This document shows, piece by piece, positions 28,887-38,006 of a DNA stretch of 64,000 nucleotides. Under the pieces are notes generated by a model that saw only the letters and a list, made by a program, of their open reading frames with translations, was not told the origin of the DNA and did not search any database. The translations under genes were made by a program, and so were the position numbers. How positions within the stretch are numbered: the first letter of the stretch is position 1; each line of letters starts with the position of its first letter. Origin of the DNA: an uncultured Gemmatimonadales bacterium (GTDB lineage Bacteria; Gemmatimonadota; Gemmatimonadetes; Longimicrobiales; RSA9); the NCBI GenBank assembly GCA_963741945.1, contig CAVUKA010000005.1:192001-256000 (forward strand), read 5' to 3'.

Positions 28887-29288
28887 ATGACCATGACGAC
28901 AGCTTCCTACGCCATGGCGCGTACGCTCGACGTGCCTTTCGATGAGGCCGACCGGCGTGTCCGCGATGCGCTTCAGGCCGAAGGCTTCGGCATCCTGACC
29001 GAGATCGACGTCAAGGCCACCATGAAGAAGAAGCTCGACATCGACTTCCCTCGCTACGCCATCCTCGGCGCGTGCAATCCGCCGCTGGCGCACCAGGCCC
29101 TGCAGGCCGAGCCCGATATCGGCCTCCTCCTGCCCTGCAACGTGGTCGTTCGCGAACTCCCCGACGGCCGCACCATGGTCGAGGCCATCGACCCCGTCAT
29201 ACAGCTGTCCGTCGCCGACAACCCCGATCTCCCTGCCGTCGCCGAAGATGTGCGGCAGAGGATGCGACGCGCGATCGACGCCGTCTGA
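28887..29288 (+). CDS. DUF302 domain protein
   Basis: EGFGILTEIDV, YAILGACNP, IGLLLPCNVVV. Confidence 0.9.
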   Translation: MTMTTASYAMARTLDVPFDEADRRVRDALQAEGFGILTEIDVKATMKKKLDIDFPRYAILGACNPPLAHQALQAEPDIGLLLPCNVVVRELPDGRTMVEAIDPVIQLSVADNPDLPAVAEDVRQRMRRAIDAV

Positions 29289-29320
29289 ACCCCCGATCGC
29301 CCCTCACCACGGCCTCCCCG

Positions 29321-29368
29321 GGAAAAGAAGAAGCGCCGCCGGATCTCTCCGGCGGCGCTCCTCTTTCC
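29321..29368. terminator. Intrinsic terminator, probably bidirectional, with the stronger U-tract on the minus strand
   Basis: AGCGCCGCCGGA-TCTC-TCCGGCGGCGCT flanked by GAAAAGAAG on the left and CTCTTTCC on the right. Confidence 0.8.
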
Positions 29369-29441
29369 TGTCGCGATCCTGACGCGATGCCGCAATCGAC
29401 ACCCGCCGGTCTTCGGACAGCTCGCTGCGAATACCTTTCGG

Positions 29442-29507
29442 CTACGCGCCGATCAGGCGATCGCTTGCCCGTGTCAGGTCGCGGACAGTACTGGCACTTC
29501 TAGACAA
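29442..29507 (-). CDS. Candidate 21-aa small protein MSRSASTVRDLTRASDRLIGA
   Basis: TTG start directly after AAAGGAGGTGATCC, within an apparent promoter-to-terminator unit. Too short for the ORF track. Confidence 0.5.
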   Translation of the reverse strand: MSRSASTVRDLTRASDRLIGA

Positions 29508-29633
29508 GGATCACCTCCTTTTCTGAATGGCACAACGGGCGTTGGCACCAGCGGGCTTCCACCCGCGGTCCCGTAGCCGCGCCCCCTTGGGACGCCGGCC
29601 CTGGGCCCAGTCGCCGGTTCGGGCGACGCCACG

Positions 29634-29662
29634 AAGGTAGCGACGATCCGTTTCCTGCACAA
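29634..29662 (-). promoter_or_regulatory. Candidate sigma70 promoter for the small-ORF transcript
   Basis: Minus strand TTGTGC-N17-TACCTT. Confidence 0.45.
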
Positions 29663-29754
29663 GCTCTCGGACAACGATGTCCAGAATGGCGCGCACCTCC
29701 GCCCGATACCGCCCCGCTTCCCTCCCCACGCCCCCCCCGACCCTCCTCCCCGCC

Positions 29755-29813
29755 TTGACATCCCGGCCGCGCATCGGCATCTATCTAACCGGGCGGTTTA
29801 ACCATACAGTTAA
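29755..29813 (+). promoter_or_regulatory. Efflux operon promoter with tandem TetR-type operator palindromes
   Basis: TTGACA at 29755; TAACC-GGGC-GGTTTA (29786-29800) and perfect TTAAC-N6-GTTAA (29798-29813) just before tetR. Confidence 0.65.
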
Positions 29814-29817
29814 GAGC

Positions 29818-30444
29818 GTGGACGAACGAGCGACGGAAGAACGGATCCTGAGTGCGGCGAACGCGGTCTTCCTGAAGAGGGGGACGGCAGGGGCGCGCAT
29901 GCAGGAGGTGGCGGACGAGGCGGGCGTGAACAAGGCGCTTCTGCACTACTACTTCGGGAGCAAGGAAGGGCTGGCGCTGGCGGTGTTCCGTCGTGCGCTG
30001 GCGGCGCTGCTGCCGCGGGTGGTGGAGATCCTGTGCTCGGAGGCGCCGCTCGAGGACAAGGTGAGGCGGGTGGTGGCGGTGGAGACCGAGGAGCTGGCGC
30101 GGAGTCCGTTTCTCCCGGGGTACGTGCTGAGCGAGCTGACGCATCATCCGGAGCGGGTGCGTGAGGCGTTCGAGTCCGCGGTGGGGACGAAGGTCGAGGA
30201 GATGGGAGGGCGGGTGCTGGCGTCGCTGGGACGGCAGCTGGAGGAGGAGTCGCGAGCGGGGCGGATGCGGCCGGTCTCGCCGGAGTACCTGGTGCTCAAC
30301 CTGTTCTCGCTGGTGATGTTCCCGTTCGCGGGAGCGCCGCTGCTGCAGGAAATCCTGGGTGTGGGAGAGGAGGGGTACGCCGCGCTTCTGGAAGAGCGGA
30401 AGGAGCGGCTGCCCGAGTTCATCCTGAACGCGATGAGGCCATGA
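29818..30444 (+). CDS. TetR/AcrR family transcriptional regulator
   Basis: ILSAANAVF, EVADEAGVNKALLHYYFGSKEGL. Confidence 0.93.
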   Translation: MDERATEERILSAANAVFLKRGTAGARMQEVADEAGVNKALLHYYFGSKEGLALAVFRRALAALLPRVVEILCSEAPLEDKVRRVVAVETEELARSPFLPGYVLSELTHHPERVREAFESAVGTKVEEMGGRVLASLGRQLEEESRAGRMRPVSPEYLVLNLFSLVMFPFAGAPLLQEILGVGEEGYAALLEERKERLPEFILNAMRP

Positions 30445-31841
30445 GGATCGGGGTGCTGGTTCCAGGACTGCTGGTGAGCTTCGCACCACTGCTGGGGACG
30501 GGGGCCGGCGTGTCGGCGACGCCGGGCCCCCACCCGCAGCGGGCGCCGGCCGCGTCGCCGGACACGGCCGCGCCGCTGTCGCTGGGCGAGGTGGTAGCGT
30601 CGGCGCTGGCGACGCATCCGTCGCTTGCGGGGGCGGAAGCGAGCCTCGATGCGGCGGAAGCGGCCGCGGGGCAGGCGAAGTCGGCGTGGCTGCCCACGGT
30701 GGCGGCGGCTGCGGTCGTGACGCGCTACCAGGAGCCGATGGTGGTGGCGCCGCTGCACGGGTTCGACCCGCGCAATCCGCCGACATTCGACGAGACGCTG
30801 TACCAGGGCCGGGCCACGCTGGACTACACGCTGTTCGATGGTGGCGCGCGGCGCGCGCGCGTCCGTGTGGAGACGAGCGCGGCCTCGGCGGCGAGGGCGG
30901 GTGTGGAAGCGACGACGGAGCAGGTCATTGCCGAAGCGGTCTCGTCCTATCTGGCCGTGCTCACGGCCGAGGAGGTGCTCGCCGCCCATCGGCAACGTGT
31001 GGAGGCGCTGGAAACGGAGCATTCCCGCTCGCAGCTCATGTTCGCGCAGGGGAAAGCGCCGCGCGTGGCGGTCCTTCGCACGGAGGCCGCGCTCAGCAGG
31101 GCGGCGGCGGAGCTGGAATCGGCGGAGGAGCAGCTTCGCCTCGACCGGCGCCGGCTGGCCCGCGTTTCGGGGCTGGAGGCGGCTCGCGTCATGAGTGCCC
31201 CGCTCGTGCCGACGGCGCCGTCGTCGGAGCCATCGCTCGATGCGGATGCGCTGGTGGCGGACGCGCTCGAGCAGAGCCCGCGGGTCACGCAGGCGGAGCG
31301 GCGGGCGGCCGCGGCCCGGACGGGCGTGGCGGCCGCGCGCTCCGCGTTCTTCCCCCGGCTGGCGCTCTCGGGGGCGTACAGCGCGTTCGGGAGCCCGTCG
31401 GCGGAGCTTCAGCCGGAGTGGAACGCCGGAGTGCAGGTGAGCTATCCGATCTTCACGGGCGGCGCGCGGCTGCGTGCCGTGGATCGGGCGGAGGCGGAGG
31501 CGGTGGCCGCGGCGGCGGCGACGGAGACGGTGCGTCGCCAGGTCGCGGATGCGGTGGACCAGTCCGTCGCGGCATACCGGTCGGCGCGGGCGCGGGCGCA
31601 CGCGCTCGACGCGGCCGTGGCGCAGTCGGAGGAAGTGGCGCGCATCGAAGCGCTGGCGCTGGCGCAGGGCGCCGGGGTGCAGACGGATTATCTGCAGGCG
31701 GAGGCGGACCTGCTGTCCGCCCGGGCCTCGCTGGCGGAGGCGAGGCACGCGGTGCTGGAAGCGCGAGTACGGCTGGCGCAGGCGGCGGGTCTCCTGAGCG
31801 TGGACTGGGTGGAGCGAATGACGGAAGGGGTGGAGCCATGA
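30441..31841 (+). CDS. TolC family outer-membrane efflux protein
   Basis: Signal peptide, two OEP repeats (YTLFDGG, YPIFTGG), operon context. Confidence 0.9.
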   Translation: MRIGVLVPGLLVSFAPLLGTGAGVSATPGPHPQRAPAASPDTAAPLSLGEVVASALATHPSLAGAEASLDAAEAAAGQAKSAWLPTVAAAAVVTRYQEPMVVAPLHGFDPRNPPTFDETLYQGRATLDYTLFDGGARRARVRVETSAASAARAGVEATTEQVIAEAVSSYLAVLTAEEVLAAHRQRVEALETEHSRSQLMFAQGKAPRVAVLRTEAALSRAAAELESAEEQLRLDRRRLARVSGLEAARVMSAPLVPTAPSSEPSLDADALVADALEQSPRVTQAERRAAAARTGVAAARSAFFPRLALSGAYSAFGSPSAELQPEWNAGVQVSYPIFTGGARLRAVDRAEAEAVAAAAATETVRRQVADAVDQSVAAYRSARARAHALDAAVAQSEEVARIEALALAQGAGVQTDYLQAEADLLSARASLAEARHAVLEARVRLAQAAGLLSVDWVERMTEGVEP

Positions 31842-32848
31842 AGCGACGGATCGTGGTGGGCGCGATTGCGGCGCTCGCCATTGCGGTAGTGCTGTTCCTG
31901 GCGCTGCGGTCGCGCGCCGGCAACGGTGAGCTCGAGGCATCGGGAACGGTGGAAGCCACGGAAGCGGACCTCGGCTTCCAGATGGCCGGCCGCATCGTCG
32001 CCGTCACCGTGCGCGAGGGGGACCCGGTGACCGCGGGGCAGGTCCTGGCGCGTCTGGATGCGGCGGAGCTCGATGCCCGCAAGGCGGCGGCGGAATCGCA
32101 GCTGCAGGCGGCCCGGGCGGTGCTGGCGGAGATGGAGGCGGGCGGCCGGCCGGAGGAGGTGGCGCAGGGCCGGTCGGCGGTGCGGTCGGCAGCGCAGAAG
32201 CTGGAGGACGCGCGCCGTGACCTGGTGCGCGCCAGGAACCTCTACGAGGGCGGCGCCATCAGCCGGGAGGCGCTGGACAAGGCCAACACGGCCGCGGAGC
32301 TGGCCGACGCGTCGCTGGACCAGGCGCGCGAGCAGCTCCAGGTCCTGCAGACGGGCCCGCGAAAGGAGCGCGTGGAAGCGCAGCGTGCGTCCGTCGCGGC
32401 GGCGGAAGCGCAGGTGCGGCAGGTGGAGGCTCTCGTGGACAATGCGGTGATCCGCGCGCCGTTCGACGGCATCGTGACCATCCGGCACCGCGAAGCGGGG
32501 GAGGTGGTCCAGCCGGGGCTGCCCGTGGTCACGGTCATGAATCCGGCCGACCGCTGGGTCCGCATCTACATCCCCGAAGACCGGATCGGCGCGGTCCACC
32601 TGGGTCAGTCCGCCCGCATCACGTCGGACACGTTCCAGGATCGGGATTACTCCGGCCGCGTCAGCTTCATCGCCGACAGGGCCGAGTTCACACCGCGCAA
32701 CGTCCAGACCAAGGAGGAGCGCGTGAAGCTGGTCTATGCCGTGCACGTCCAGATCGCCGGCGATCCCGGCCTGGAGCTGAAGCCGGGCGTCCCCGCGGAC
32801 GTGGCGCTCCTCGACGCGGCGCCCCGTCCGGACCAGTCGGAGGGCTGA
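31838..32848 (+). CDS. HlyD family periplasmic adaptor (YbhG-like)
   Basis: N-terminal TM, SGTVEA, IRAPFDG, AEFTPRNVQTKEER. Confidence 0.92.
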   Translation: MKRRIVVGAIAALAIAVVLFLALRSRAGNGELEASGTVEATEADLGFQMAGRIVAVTVREGDPVTAGQVLARLDAAELDARKAAAESQLQAARAVLAEMEAGGRPEEVAQGRSAVRSAAQKLEDARRDLVRARNLYEGGAISREALDKANTAAELADASLDQAREQLQVLQTGPRKERVEAQRASVAAAEAQVRQVEALVDNAVIRAPFDGIVTIRHREAGEVVQPGLPVVTVMNPADRWVRIYIPEDRIGAVHLGQSARITSDTFQDRDYSGRVSFIADRAEFTPRNVQTKEERVKLVYAVHVQIAGDPGLELKPGVPADVALLDAAPRPDQSEG

Positions 32849-32850
32849 CG

Positions 32851-33810
32851 GTGGCGGCGGTCGGGGACGAGCGCGAGCGCGGCGGTTCTCCGGAGCCCGT
32901 CGTCCTGGACGGCCTCTCGCGCCGATTCGGCGACCTGGTGGCGGTGGACGGGCTCACGTTCGAAGTGCACGGCGGCGAGCTGTTCGGGCTCGTGGGCCCC
33001 GACGGCGCGGGCAAGACCACCACGCTTCGCATGCTCGCCGGCGTGGTCCGTCCCACGTCGGGCGACGCCCGGGTGGTCGGCTTCTCCATCTCCCGCGAGC
33101 CGGACCGGATCCATTCCCACGTGGCGTACATGGCTCAGCGCTTCGGTCTGTACGAGGACCTGACGGTGCGGGAGAACCTCGACTTCTACGCCGACCTCTA
33201 CCGCGTCCCGAAGTCGGAGCGACCGCAGCGCCTGGAGCGCCTGTTCGCGTTCAGCAACCTCGGCGAGTTCCAGCACCGGCTGGCAGGGAAGCTGTCCGGG
33301 GGAATGAAACAGAAGCTGTCGCTCTCCTGCGCGCTCATCCACCGCCCGGACGTCCTGCTCCTGGACGAGCCCACCTTCGGCGTCGACCCGATCTCCCGCC
33401 GCGACCTGTGGCTGATCCTCCACGAGATGGTCCAGGAGGGCGTCACCATCCTGGTTTCCACGGCCTACATGGATGAGGCGGAGCGGTGCGACCGCGTGGC
33501 CTTCCTCCACCAGGGGCGCATCGTCGCGCTCGACGCGCCGGCCGCTCTCCAGCGCCGGCTGGATGGCGTTCTCGAGGTCCGGGCCGACAACCCGCGCGCC
33601 GCCCGTGACGCGCTCCGCCGCTCAAGCGCCATCCGTCGCGCGTCTCTCTTCGGCGAGACCGTGCACGCCGTCCTGGCGGAGGGCGCTTCCACGGACGCCG
33701 TGCACCGGGCCATGGAGGATGCCGGCGTGGCCATCCGTGAGATCCGCCCCGTGACCGCCTCGCTCGAAGACGTGTTCATCGAGCAGGTCCCGGAGAGCGG
33801 CGATGCATGA
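32851..33810 (+). CDS. ABC transporter ATP-binding protein (like the N-half of YbhF)
   Basis: GPDGAGKTT, LSGGMKQK, LLDEPT. Confidence 0.93.
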   Translation: MAAVGDERERGGSPEPVVLDGLSRRFGDLVAVDGLTFEVHGGELFGLVGPDGAGKTTTLRMLAGVVRPTSGDARVVGFSISREPDRIHSHVAYMAQRFGLYEDLTVRENLDFYADLYRVPKSERPQRLERLFAFSNLGEFQHRLAGKLSGGMKQKLSLSCALIHRPDVLLLDEPTFGVDPISRRDLWLILHEMVQEGVTILVSTAYMDEAERCDRVAFLHQGRIVALDAPAALQRRLDGVLEVRADNPRAARDALRRSSAIRRASLFGETVHAVLAEGASTDAVHRAMEDAGVAIREIRPVTASLEDVFIEQVPESGDA

Positions 33811-34738
33811 CGTGGCGGTGCGCGTCCGGGAGCTGACGCGGCGCTTCGGGGACTTCACCGCCGTGGACGCGGTCACGTTCGACGTGCGGGAGGGCGAGAT
33901 CTTCGGCTTCCTGGGACCGAACGGCGCGGGCAAGACCACCACCATCAAGATGCTGATCGGGCTGCTCGTGCCCACGTCCGGTGATGCGACGGTGGCAGGG
34001 CTGGACGTGCGATCGGGCGGCGACGAGCTCCGCCGGCGCATCGGCTACATGTCGCAGCTGTTCTCGCTCTACAACGACCTCACCGTGGGCGAGAACATCG
34101 AGCTCTTCGCCGGCCTGTACGGCGTGGTCGGCCAGCGCTACGACGAGCGGCGCCGGTGGATCCTCCGCATGGCCGGGCTCGAGGGGCAGGACCGCCGCCT
34201 GACCGGCGACCTGCCGCTCGGCTGGAAGCAGCGCCTGGCCCTCGGCTGCGCCGTGCTGCACCAGCCGCCGATCCTCTTCCTGGACGAGCCCACGTCCGGC
34301 GTGGACCCGCAGTCGCGGCGCCGCTTCTGGGATCTCATCGACGACCTTGCCGCCGGCGGGACCACGGTTCTGGTCAGCACGCACTACATGGAGGAGGCGG
34401 AGTACTGTCACCGCCTCGCCCTCATGAACCGCGGCCGCCTCGTGGCCCTGGACCGACCGGCCGCGCTCCGACAGCGCCTCGATCTCCCGCTCTATGAGGT
34501 GGTCGTCGCCGAGCCGGCAGCAGCCGTGGCCGCGCTGCGGCGCGAGTCCGTGGTGCTCGAGGCCGCCATGTTCGGCCGGCTCGTCCACGTCATGACGGAA
34601 ACCGAGGCGGAAGCGGAGATCCGGGCCGCGCTGGAATCGGCCGGTCACCCGCCGGAGCGCGTGGCGCGCGTGGCGCCGTCGCTCGAAGACGTCTTCGTCG
34701 CACTGATCCGCCGCGAGGGCGGCGCGGTGGAGGGGTAG
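33803..34738 (+). CDS. ABC transporter ATP-binding protein (like the C-half of YbhF)
   Basis: GPNGAGKTT, degenerate signature LPLGWKQR, FLDEPTSGVDP, STHYM. Confidence 0.93.
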   Translation: MHDVAVRVRELTRRFGDFTAVDAVTFDVREGEIFGFLGPNGAGKTTTIKMLIGLLVPTSGDATVAGLDVRSGGDELRRRIGYMSQLFSLYNDLTVGENIELFAGLYGVVGQRYDERRRWILRMAGLEGQDRRLTGDLPLGWKQRLALGCAVLHQPPILFLDEPTSGVDPQSRRRFWDLIDDLAAGGTTVLVSTHYMEEAEYCHRLALMNRGRLVALDRPAALRQRLDLPLYEVVVAEPAAAVAALRRESVVLEAAMFGRLVHVMTETEAEAEIRAALESAGHPPERVARVAPSLEDVFVALIRREGGAVEG

Positions 34739-34742
34739 GCGG

Positions 34743-35867
34743 ATGCCGTCGCTCAGCTGGACCCGGCTGCGGGCGATCGCACGAAAGGAGTGGCTCCAGC
34801 TCCGCCGCGACCCGCGCAGCATGGCGCTGGCGTTCGCGCTGCCCATCCTCATGCTCCTCTTCTTCGGCTACGCCCTCAAGTGGGATGTCCGGGACCTCGA
34901 GCTGGTGGTCTTCGACCAGGACCACACGGCACGGAGCCGCGGACTGGTGGACGCCTTCGAGGCCAGCGGCTACTTCACCGTCACGGGGCGACTGTCCTCG
35001 TTCTCCGAGATCGACGCGGCAGTGGGGCGGGGCGACGCCACCTCCGTCCTCGTCATTCCCCCCCGCTTCGCCGCCGACCTCGCCTCCGGTCGCGGCGCGC
35101 AGCTCCAGCTGCTGCTCGATGGCGCCGATGCCAACACGGCCACCATCGCCTACAACTTCGCCGACGCCATCGTGGACCGCTGGTCACGGGATGTCGTGCT
35201 CAAGGGCCGCACCGTGACCATCCCGCTCAATGCCGAGATCCGGACGTGGTACAACCCCACGCTGGAGAGCCGGAACATGATCGTTCCGGGACTGATCGCG
35301 GTGATCATGATGACCATCGCCGCCATGCTCACGGCCCTGACCATCGCCCGCGAGTGGGAGCGCGGGACCATGGAGCAGCTCGCCGCCACCCCGGCCACGC
35401 GCCTCGAGATCATCCTCGGCAAGCTCGCGCCGTACGTGGGCATCGGCGTGGTGGACGTGGCGATGATCGTGGTGGCGGGCGTCCTCGTGTTCGGCGTCCC
35501 CTTCCGCGGTCCCGTTTTCGTGTTCTTCGTGCAGACGGTGCTCTTCCTCGTCGGTGCCCTCGGCCTGGGCGTGTTCATCTCGGCGGCGGCCCGGAGCCAG
35601 TTCCTGGCCACGCAGATCGCGCTCATCACCACGCTGCTCCCCGCCATGCTGCTGTCCGGCTTCCTGTTCGAGATCGAAGCCATGCCGCGGGTGCTCCGCT
35701 TCGTCACCTATCTGGTCCCGGCCCGCTACTTCGTGGTGGTCACACGCGGGATCATGCTCAAGGGCGTGGGGCCGTCGGTGCTCTGGGTGCAGTCCGTGTT
35801 CATGATCGTGTTCGCCGTGGTCGGGCTCGGCCTCGCCACGCGGGTGTTCAGGAAGGAGATCGCGTGA
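34743..35867 (+). CDS. ABC-2 type permease (YbhS-like)
   Basis: KEWLQLRRDPR, WYNP, REWERGTMEQL, 6 TM. Confidence 0.92.
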   Translation: MPSLSWTRLRAIARKEWLQLRRDPRSMALAFALPILMLLFFGYALKWDVRDLELVVFDQDHTARSRGLVDAFEASGYFTVTGRLSSFSEIDAAVGRGDATSVLVIPPRFAADLASGRGAQLQLLLDGADANTATIAYNFADAIVDRWSRDVVLKGRTVTIPLNAEIRTWYNPTLESRNMIVPGLIAVIMMTIAAMLTALTIAREWERGTMEQLAATPATRLEIILGKLAPYVGIGVVDVAMIVVAGVLVFGVPFRGPVFVFFVQTVLFLVGALGLGVFISAAARSQFLATQIALITTLLPAMLLSGFLFEIEAMPRVLRFVTYLVPARYFVVVTRGIMLKGVGPSVLWVQSVFMIVFAVVGLGLATRVFRKEIA

Positions 35868-37000
35868 AGGCCATCCTGCGGATCGACCCGCGACGCGTGC
35901 TGCGCCTGCTGAAGAAGGAGCTGCGCCAGATCTTCCGCGACCCGCGGACCAAGCGCATCGTCTTCGTGGCCCCGGTGGTCCAGCTCGTGATCTTCGGCTA
36001 CGCCGTCAACACCGACATCCGCGAGACGCCGCTCTTCGTGGTGGACCACGACGTCACCCGGGAGTCGCGCGAGCTGGTCGACGCGCTCACCGCGGCCGGC
36101 TACTTCCGCGTGGTGGGTCGCTCCGAGCGCGCCGCGGACCTGACCCGCTCAATGGACAAGGGGGAGGCGATCGTGGGGATCGAGATCCCGCCCGGGTACG
36201 CCGCCGACCTGGACGACGGCGGCGCCACCGTCCAGGTGCTGGTGGACGGAACCAACTCGAACACCGCCACCGTTGCGGAGGGCAATGCGCTCCGCATCAT
36301 CCGCCAGTTCGCCGCCCGACGGCTCTCAGAACGGGCCGGCTCGGTCCCCCGCGGCGCCGACCTGCGCATCCGCGCCTGGTACAACCCGGACCTGGCCAGC
36401 CGCGTCTACAACGTCCCCGCCGTGCTCGGGGTGATCGTCATGCTCATGAGCCTCCTCCTCACTTCCATCACGCTCGTTCGCGAGCGCGAGCTGGGCACGC
36501 TCGAGCAGCTCATGGTCACCCCGCTCCGACCCGCCGAGCTGATCCTTGGAAAAACGCTCCCCGTGGCCCTCATCGCCATGGTCCAGCTCACCCTCGTCAT
36601 GGTCGTCGCCATTGCCTGGTTCGGCATCCCGTTCCGCGGGAACCTCCTCGTCCTCCTCCTCGCCGCCGTCATCTACATCGTGGCCGGGCTCTCGTTCGGA
36701 CTCCTCATCTCCACGATCTCACGGACGCAGCAGGAGGCGCTGATGGTGATGTTCCTCTTCTTCATGCCCGCCATCGTCCTCAGCGGCTTCATGTTCCCCA
36801 TCTTCACCATGCCCCCGCTCTTCCAGTGGCTGACGCTCGCCAATCCGATCCGCCACTTCCTCGCCATCGTGCGGCCGGTCTTCCTCAAGGGAGAGGGGCT
36901 GGCGGAGCTGTGGCCGAGCTATCTCGGCCTCTGCATCCTCGCGGCGCTCGGCTTCGCCGCCGCCAGATGGCGGTTCGCGAAAACATGGCTCGCCGGATAG
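35864..37000 (+). CDS. ABC-2 type permease (YbhR-like)
   Basis: GTG overlapping the upstream stop; KELRQIFRD, WYNP, RERELGTLEQL. Confidence 0.92.
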   Translation: MKAILRIDPRRVLRLLKKELRQIFRDPRTKRIVFVAPVVQLVIFGYAVNTDIRETPLFVVDHDVTRESRELVDALTAAGYFRVVGRSERAADLTRSMDKGEAIVGIEIPPGYAADLDDGGATVQVLVDGTNSNTATVAEGNALRIIRQFAARRLSERAGSVPRGADLRIRAWYNPDLASRVYNVPAVLGVIVMLMSLLLTSITLVRERELGTLEQLMVTPLRPAELILGKTLPVALIAMVQLTLVMVVAIAWFGIPFRGNLLVLLLAAVIYIVAGLSFGLLISTISRTQQEALMVMFLFFMPAIVLSGFMFPIFTMPPLFQWLTLANPIRHFLAIVRPVFLKGEGLAELWPSYLGLCILAALGFAAARWRFAKTWLAG

Positions 37001-37073
37001 TGGCGCTCCGATCCGCCTGACACCGAAACGGTCCCAGCCGCCTGCCCGCCCGACCCCTCGGCCGCGGCGCCGC

Positions 37074-38006
37074 TTACAGCCTGAACGTCCCCGAAACGAG
37101 TCGTTTCTCCCGCTCCCCCTGGATCTCCGCCTCCAGCTCGACATAGGGCTCCAGTCCACTCCCCTTCAGCTTCTCCCGGAAGAGCTGGTCCAGCTGGAAA
37201 ACGCCCGCGGAGTTGGTCATCTCGATGAGCAGGCGGATCGGCTTGGTCTCGCCGCGGTCGATGTGGACGCGCTCGATCGCGGCCGCGGAAACGCTGTGGA
37301 TGCTGACGGAGCTCCCGCCCTCGAACGGGATGCGTGAGCGCCCTTTCGCCATGTCGAGCGCGTCGGCGATGCGGACGATTCCGGCCTCCAGGGTCAGCGG
37401 CGTGCCGCCGGAGCGGTGGGCGATGATGGCGTGGAGCACTTCGCTGCGGACGATGGTGGCCGTGGCGACGTCGTATTCCTCGGCGAGCAGCTCGCGCAGC
37501 TTCATCTGGGCGATGAACAGGGACATCTCCTCGTGTCCCGCCCTGTGGACGCTCATCCCCAGGTCGTGGCAGAGGGCGGCGAGGGCCACCACCACGCCGG
37601 CATCATCGGGCGTGAGCCCGTGGTCCTTCACGATGCTCGGCTGCACGTCGGCGTCTTCGAGCAGGTGGAGCAGGCGCACGGCGATGTTCATCACGATCTT
37701 GACGTGCACGGGCCCGTGGTCGGTCATCCCCAGCCGCGTGATGGCGTTCACGTTGGCCGCGGTCCAGAGCGCGTAGAGCTCATCGTCCCGGTTGATCCGC
37801 TGGATGATCCGTTTCAGCCGGGCGTTCCTCCGGTCCGGCACGTTGATCGCCAGCCGCCTGGCCATGCGCTCCGCCAGCGTGCGCGGGAAATCGTGCTCGG
37901 CCTCCGCCTCCGATGGAGCGCTGGACACCGGGTCGATCGCCTCCGCCTCCGATGCTCCCGCCGGACTCGTCTCCTCGCTTCCACGGGATCCGGGCTCTTC
38001 CGTCAT
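37074..38006 (-). CDS. HD-superfamily metal-dependent phosphohydrolase (COG3294-like)
   Basis: DHGPVH, CHDLG, HAIIAH, ADALDMAKGRSRIPF. Confidence 0.85.
   Translation of the reverse strand: MTEEPGSRGSEETSPAGASEAEAIDPVSSAPSEAEAEHDFPRTLAERMARRLAINVPDRRNARLKRIIQRINRDDELYALWTAANVNAITRLGMTDHGPVHVKIVMNIAVRLLHLLEDADVQPSIVKDHGLTPDDAGVVVALAALCHDLGMSVHRAGHEEMSLFIAQMKLRELLAEEYDVATATIVRSEVLHAIIAHRSGGTPLTLEAGIVRIADALDMAKGRSRIPFEGGSSVSIHSVSAAAIERVHIDRGETKPIRLLIEMTNSAGVFQLDQLFREKLKGSGLEPYVELEAEIQGEREKRLVSGTFRL

Noticed and set aside
29508-29524. 16S rRNA gene or fragment
   Set aside because: Only the terminal GGATCACCTCCTTT matches. The helix 44/45 sequence (GTAACAAGGTAGCCGTA...GCGGCT) is not upstream, and no ITS, tRNA or 23S follows.
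30686-31837. N-terminal extensions in the ORF track (HlyD 720 aa, permease 736 aa, kinase 459 aa, dehydrogenase 476 aa)
   Set aside because: They overlap upstream genes in another frame; starts were reset to coupled ATGA/GTGA junctions or RBS-supported codons.
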